Below are positions 58,590 to 62,001 of a stretch of DNA of 62,001 bases, in pieces; the first letter of the stretch is position 1; each line of letters starts with the position of its first letter. The notes under the pieces were generated by a model. That model was given only the letters and a program-made list of their open reading frames with translations, was not told the origin of the DNA and ran no database searches. A program made the position numbers and the translations under genes. The DNA comes from an uncultured Gammaproteobacteria bacterium (GTDB lineage: Bacteria; Patescibacteriota; Patescibacteriia; Patescibacteriales; UBA12465): NCBI GenBank assembly GCA_964431235.1, contig CAYSJA010000010.1, positions 1 to 62,001 of the forward strand, read 5' to 3'.

Positions 58590-59390
58590 ATGGTTAAATT
58601 AATTGACGGTCGAAAAATTGCTAACCGGATTAAAGATGAAATTGCTCAAGAAATATATAAAATGAAAGGAATAAGACCTAACTTAGCTATAATTTTAGCG
58701 GGCGATAGAGAAGATTCCCGTTTGTACGTTTCTTTAAAAGAAAAAGAAGGGAAAAAAGTAGGGATTGATACTCATCTTTATATTTTAGAGCCCTATACTT
58801 CTGAGAAAGAATTTTTGTCAATGATTGAATTTTTAAATAAAGATGAGACGATAGATGGAATACTTGTTCAATTACCTCTTCCTGCTAAATTTGATACTGA
58901 TAGAATAATAGCCGCTATTGATCCTAAAAAAGATGCCGATGGTTTCCATCCTCACTGTCCTGATTATATTAAATCTCCGGTTTTAGCCTCAGTTTCAGCC
59001 TGTTTACAAGAAATAGGCATGACAGGTCGAAACAAGATTGCTTGTTCTTTTCGCCGTTCAGAGGTTTTTGGCAAAGGACTGGAGGACATCTTGAAAAGGC
59101 AAGGATTTTCAATTTGTCCCAAGTCTAGATCTAACCAGGCCGATCTTTTAATCACTGCTATGGGTAAGCCCAAGTTAATCAAGAAAGATATGATTAAAAA
59201 AGGAGCAGTTATTATAGATATTGGTATAACTAAGGTAAATGAAAAAGTTCTGGGTGATGTTGATTTTGAAGATATAAAAAATAAAGCTTCTTATATAACT
59301 CCTGTCCCTGGCGGAATTGGCCCAATGACCATCGCTTTTCTTTTTAAGAATGTATTGGAAATATTCAAGCGTCGGAAAGATAATTCATAA
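58590..59390 (+). CDS. folD: Methylenetetrahydrofolate dehydrogenase/cyclohydrolase
   Basis: Y...K, GILVQLPLP, KDADG, GDVDF, TPVPGGIGPMT. Confidence 0.95.
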   Translation: MVKLIDGRKIANRIKDEIAQEIYKMKGIRPNLAIILAGDREDSRLYVSLKEKEGKKVGIDTHLYILEPYTSEKEFLSMIEFLNKDETIDGILVQLPLPAKFDTDRIIAAIDPKKDADGFHPHCPDYIKSPVLASVSACLQEIGMTGRNKIACSFRRSEVFGKGLEDILKRQGFSICPKSRSNQADLLITAMGKPKLIKKDMIKKGAVIIDIGITKVNEKVLGDVDFEDIKNKASYITPVPGGIGPMTIAFLFKNVLEIFKRRKDNS

Positions 59391-59400
59391 AAAATAATCA

Positions 59401-61170
59401 ATGGTTGATAAAAAACAACAATTATTAGAATTGCTACATATTCATTTTGGTTACCAATCTTTTCGTCCCGGGCAAGAAGAGGCAATAGATTGTATTTTAG
59501 CGCGAAAAAATACAGTTGTTGTTTTACCGACCGGTGTCGGTAAATCTTTAATTTTTCAATTATCAGCTTTGATTATGGAAGGGATTTCTTTGGTTATCTC
59601 ACCCCTCATTGCTCTGATGAAGGATCAGGTTGATTCTCTGAAAAAAATTGGCATACCAGCTACTTATATAAATTCAGCGCTTAGTCCTGATGAAGTTTCA
59701 AGAAGATTAAAGAAAGCTTCTCAAGGTTTTTATAAATTAGTCTATATCGCTCCGGAAAGATTTTATAACAAACAATTTTTAGAGGCCCTAAAAGATATAA
59801 AAGTTTCTTTATTTGCCATAGATGAAGCTCATTGTATTAGTCAATGGGGACATGATTTTCGTCCTAGTTATTTACGTTTGAAAGAAGCGGTTAAGTTGGT
59901 TAAATCACCGCCGGTAGTCGCCCTGACTGCCACTGCTACACCAGAAGTAAGGGATGATATTATTAAGCAGCTTGATTTAAAAAATTCTCAACTAGTTATC
60001 ACCGGTTTTAGTCGCCCTAATTTACGATTAGCGGTAATACCTTCGCAAAATGGACAGAAAATAGAGAACATTGTAGATTTCTTAATTACCAATCCGAATA
60101 TAGGCGCAGGAATAATATATACAGGAACTAGAAATAAAGCTGATGAACTAGCGGAGGTTTTGATAGCTAATGATATAAAGGCAGTTGTTTATCATGCCGG
60201 TCTTGATTCCGACAGTCGTCGTTGGGTTCAGGAAAGGTTTATGAAGGGAGAAGCACAAGTGGTAGTAGCCACCAATGCCTTTGGTCTGGGGATTGATAAA
60301 TCCGATATCCGTTTTGTTATTCATCATGATATTCCTGGAAGCATAGAAGCTTATTATCAAGAAGTCGGCCGAGCCGGTCGTGATGGTTTGCCCAGTTTTT
60401 GTCTGCTTTTCTATAATAAACAAGATAGATATCTTAGGGAATTTTTTATCAAAGGCGATAATCCGGAACCGGAGATAATTATTGAAATTTATGATTGTTT
60501 GTTGCAGCGTTTGGATTTAGAGAAAAATAATCATAGTTCTATACTTGTAACTTATGCAGAGATAGCTAAGCAGTTGTCAGAGCCAGTTCCAGAAATGGCA
60601 ATCGGTACAGCCTTAAAGGTTTTAGAAAAAGAGGGTTATATTTCTCGACCTAGAGAAAAAACGACTAACTCATTTTTAAAAGCTAAGATACCGGTTGAAG
60701 ATGTAGTAAGATTAATAGAGAAAAGAGCTAGATCGCAACAGCAAGTTATTAATAAATTAAAAGAAAAATATGAGATTGAATTAGAGAGAGGTTGGGAATT
60801 TTCAGCTGAGGAAGTAGCAATAGTTTTAAAGCTTAAAAAGAATGTTTTAATAAGAGCTATAAAAAAAATGGTAGAAAGAGATTATTTGGAATATCGCCCG
60901 CCGTTCAGAGGGACAGAGATAAAACTTTTAAAAATAGTTGCCAGTGAAGATTTAAACCTTGATTTTAAAGGATTGAAAGAGAAAGCGATCCGTGCTTATA
61001 AAAAATTAGATGAAATGGAAAATTATGTTTACCATAATGGTTGTCGCCAAGAATATATTTTAAATTATTTTGGAGATTACAACACTAAACCTTGTGGGAA
61101 ATGTGATAGTTGTCTGCGTTTGAAAAAAGGAGAAGATGAGCAGAGCAAGAGAGAATACCTTATAAGTTAA
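59401..61170 (+). CDS. recQ: RecQ-family ATP-dependent DNA helicase
   Basis: PTG.GKS, DEAHCISQWGHDFRP, YYQE.GRAGRDG, C..CD.C. Confidence 0.92.
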   Translation: MVDKKQQLLELLHIHFGYQSFRPGQEEAIDCILARKNTVVVLPTGVGKSLIFQLSALIMEGISLVISPLIALMKDQVDSLKKIGIPATYINSALSPDEVSRRLKKASQGFYKLVYIAPERFYNKQFLEALKDIKVSLFAIDEAHCISQWGHDFRPSYLRLKEAVKLVKSPPVVALTATATPEVRDDIIKQLDLKNSQLVITGFSRPNLRLAVIPSQNGQKIENIVDFLITNPNIGAGIIYTGTRNKADELAEVLIANDIKAVVYHAGLDSDSRRWVQERFMKGEAQVVVATNAFGLGIDKSDIRFVIHHDIPGSIEAYYQEVGRAGRDGLPSFCLLFYNKQDRYLREFFIKGDNPEPEIIIEIYDCLLQRLDLEKNNHSSILVTYAEIAKQLSEPVPEMAIGTALKVLEKEGYISRPREKTTNSFLKAKIPVEDVVRLIEKRARSQQQVINKLKEKYEIELERGWEFSAEEVAIVLKLKKNVLIRAIKKMVERDYLEYRPPFRGTEIKLLKIVASEDLNLDFKGLKEKAIRAYKKLDEMENYVYHNGCRQEYILNYFGDYNTKPCGKCDSCLRLKKGEDEQSKREYLIS

Positions 61171-61868
61171 TGAAGAAAAAAATTGCCAAAGCAATATTGA
61201 AATTAGTAGAAGACAGTTATAATTCAATTGCCACTGATTTTGATTTAACAAGAAAAAAGGAATTGTGGCCGAAGATAAAAGAATATGCAGCCAAGGTTGA
61301 TGATGGGAACAGGGTTTTAGATTTGGCTTGTGGCAACGGCCGTTTATTACAAGCTTTTAAGGATAAGAAAATTAGTTATTTAGGGATAGACAATAGTATT
61401 GGCTTGGTGAATATCGCTCGACGCAATTATCCAGGATTCGAGTTTGTAAAAGGTAATGTGCTATATTTATTAGATTTGCTTGATAAAGAGAAAAAATATG
61501 ATTATGTTTTTTGTCTGGCTGCCCTGCAACATATACCGGGAAAAAAATTGCGCTTAGAGGCGCTGAAAAACATGGGTGATATTTTAGCAGAAAATGGCGA
61601 AGTTATAGTGAGTAATTGGAATTTATGGCAAAGCCAACACCGGAAGAAGATTTTTTTATTCATTTTTTATAAAATTATAGGATTTAATAGTCTTGATTTT
61701 AAAGATATTTTGTTTCCTTGGAAGCGAAATAATGGTCAGAGAATAAGTTATCGCTATTATCACGCTTTTACCAAACGAGAACTTATTAAATTAGCTGAAA
61801 AGGCCGGTTTTAAAAAAATAATTCTAGAAAAAGATAAGTATAATTATTGGTTGTTTTTGAAAAAATAG
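61170..61868 (+). CDS. Class I SAM methyltransferase, Trm9/ALKBH8-like
   Basis: Y..IA..F..TR...W, DLACGNGR, A.LQHIP, D...PW, RYYH.F...EL. Confidence 0.8.
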   Translation: MKKKIAKAILKLVEDSYNSIATDFDLTRKKELWPKIKEYAAKVDDGNRVLDLACGNGRLLQAFKDKKISYLGIDNSIGLVNIARRNYPGFEFVKGNVLYLLDLLDKEKKYDYVFCLAALQHIPGKKLRLEALKNMGDILAENGEVIVSNWNLWQSQHRKKIFLFIFYKIIGFNSLDFKDILFPWKRNNGQRISYRYYHAFTKRELIKLAEKAGFKKIILEKDKYNYWLFLKK

Positions 61869-62001
61869 TTTTGATTTGAGTTTTTTGACATCTCCTCGAT
61901 AGGTATGATAAAATATAGTCATAAAAATAAATAAAAATAAAATAAACAGTAGAAATAAGTCTGTTTTTTTGTTTGATTTAAAAATATGTCAAAAGTTTTA
62001 G

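Overview
AT-rich chromosomal window from a Patescibacteria/CPR bacterium, most likely Parcubacteria (16S primer-site variants GGAGGCTGCAG, CAGCAGCAGCGGTAA and TGTACTCAC; lone 16S gene; reduced gene set). It spans the origin region (yidC-yidD-rnpA-rpmH / dnaA-dnaN) and holds mostly core genes and 9 tRNAs, one of which is tRNA-Ile(UAU). The 16S gene is unlinked from 23S and is interrupted by a 720-nt group II-like intron with a decayed LAGLIDADG ORF. Accessory DNA lies at three places. (1) 1-6130: an IS30 end, a RelE/XRE/third-gene module, a duplicated tRNA-Gly 3' end, then three integrase-free cassettes (1495, 528, 946 bp) separated by a conserved repeat. On the minus strand that repeat keeps a codon-conserved peptide resembling an integrase C-terminus running through the att crossover, which suggests a tRNA-anchored, integron-like cassette array. 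(2) 11.8-12.3 kb: an internally deleted IS3. (3) 46-48 kb: an XRE / ImmA-IrrE / PIN islet next to tRNA-His. Other leads are an Elp3 + Trm9-like gene pair, three tandem membrane microproteins and two orphan structured ncRNA candidates. All calls come from reading motifs by eye; no database searches were run.
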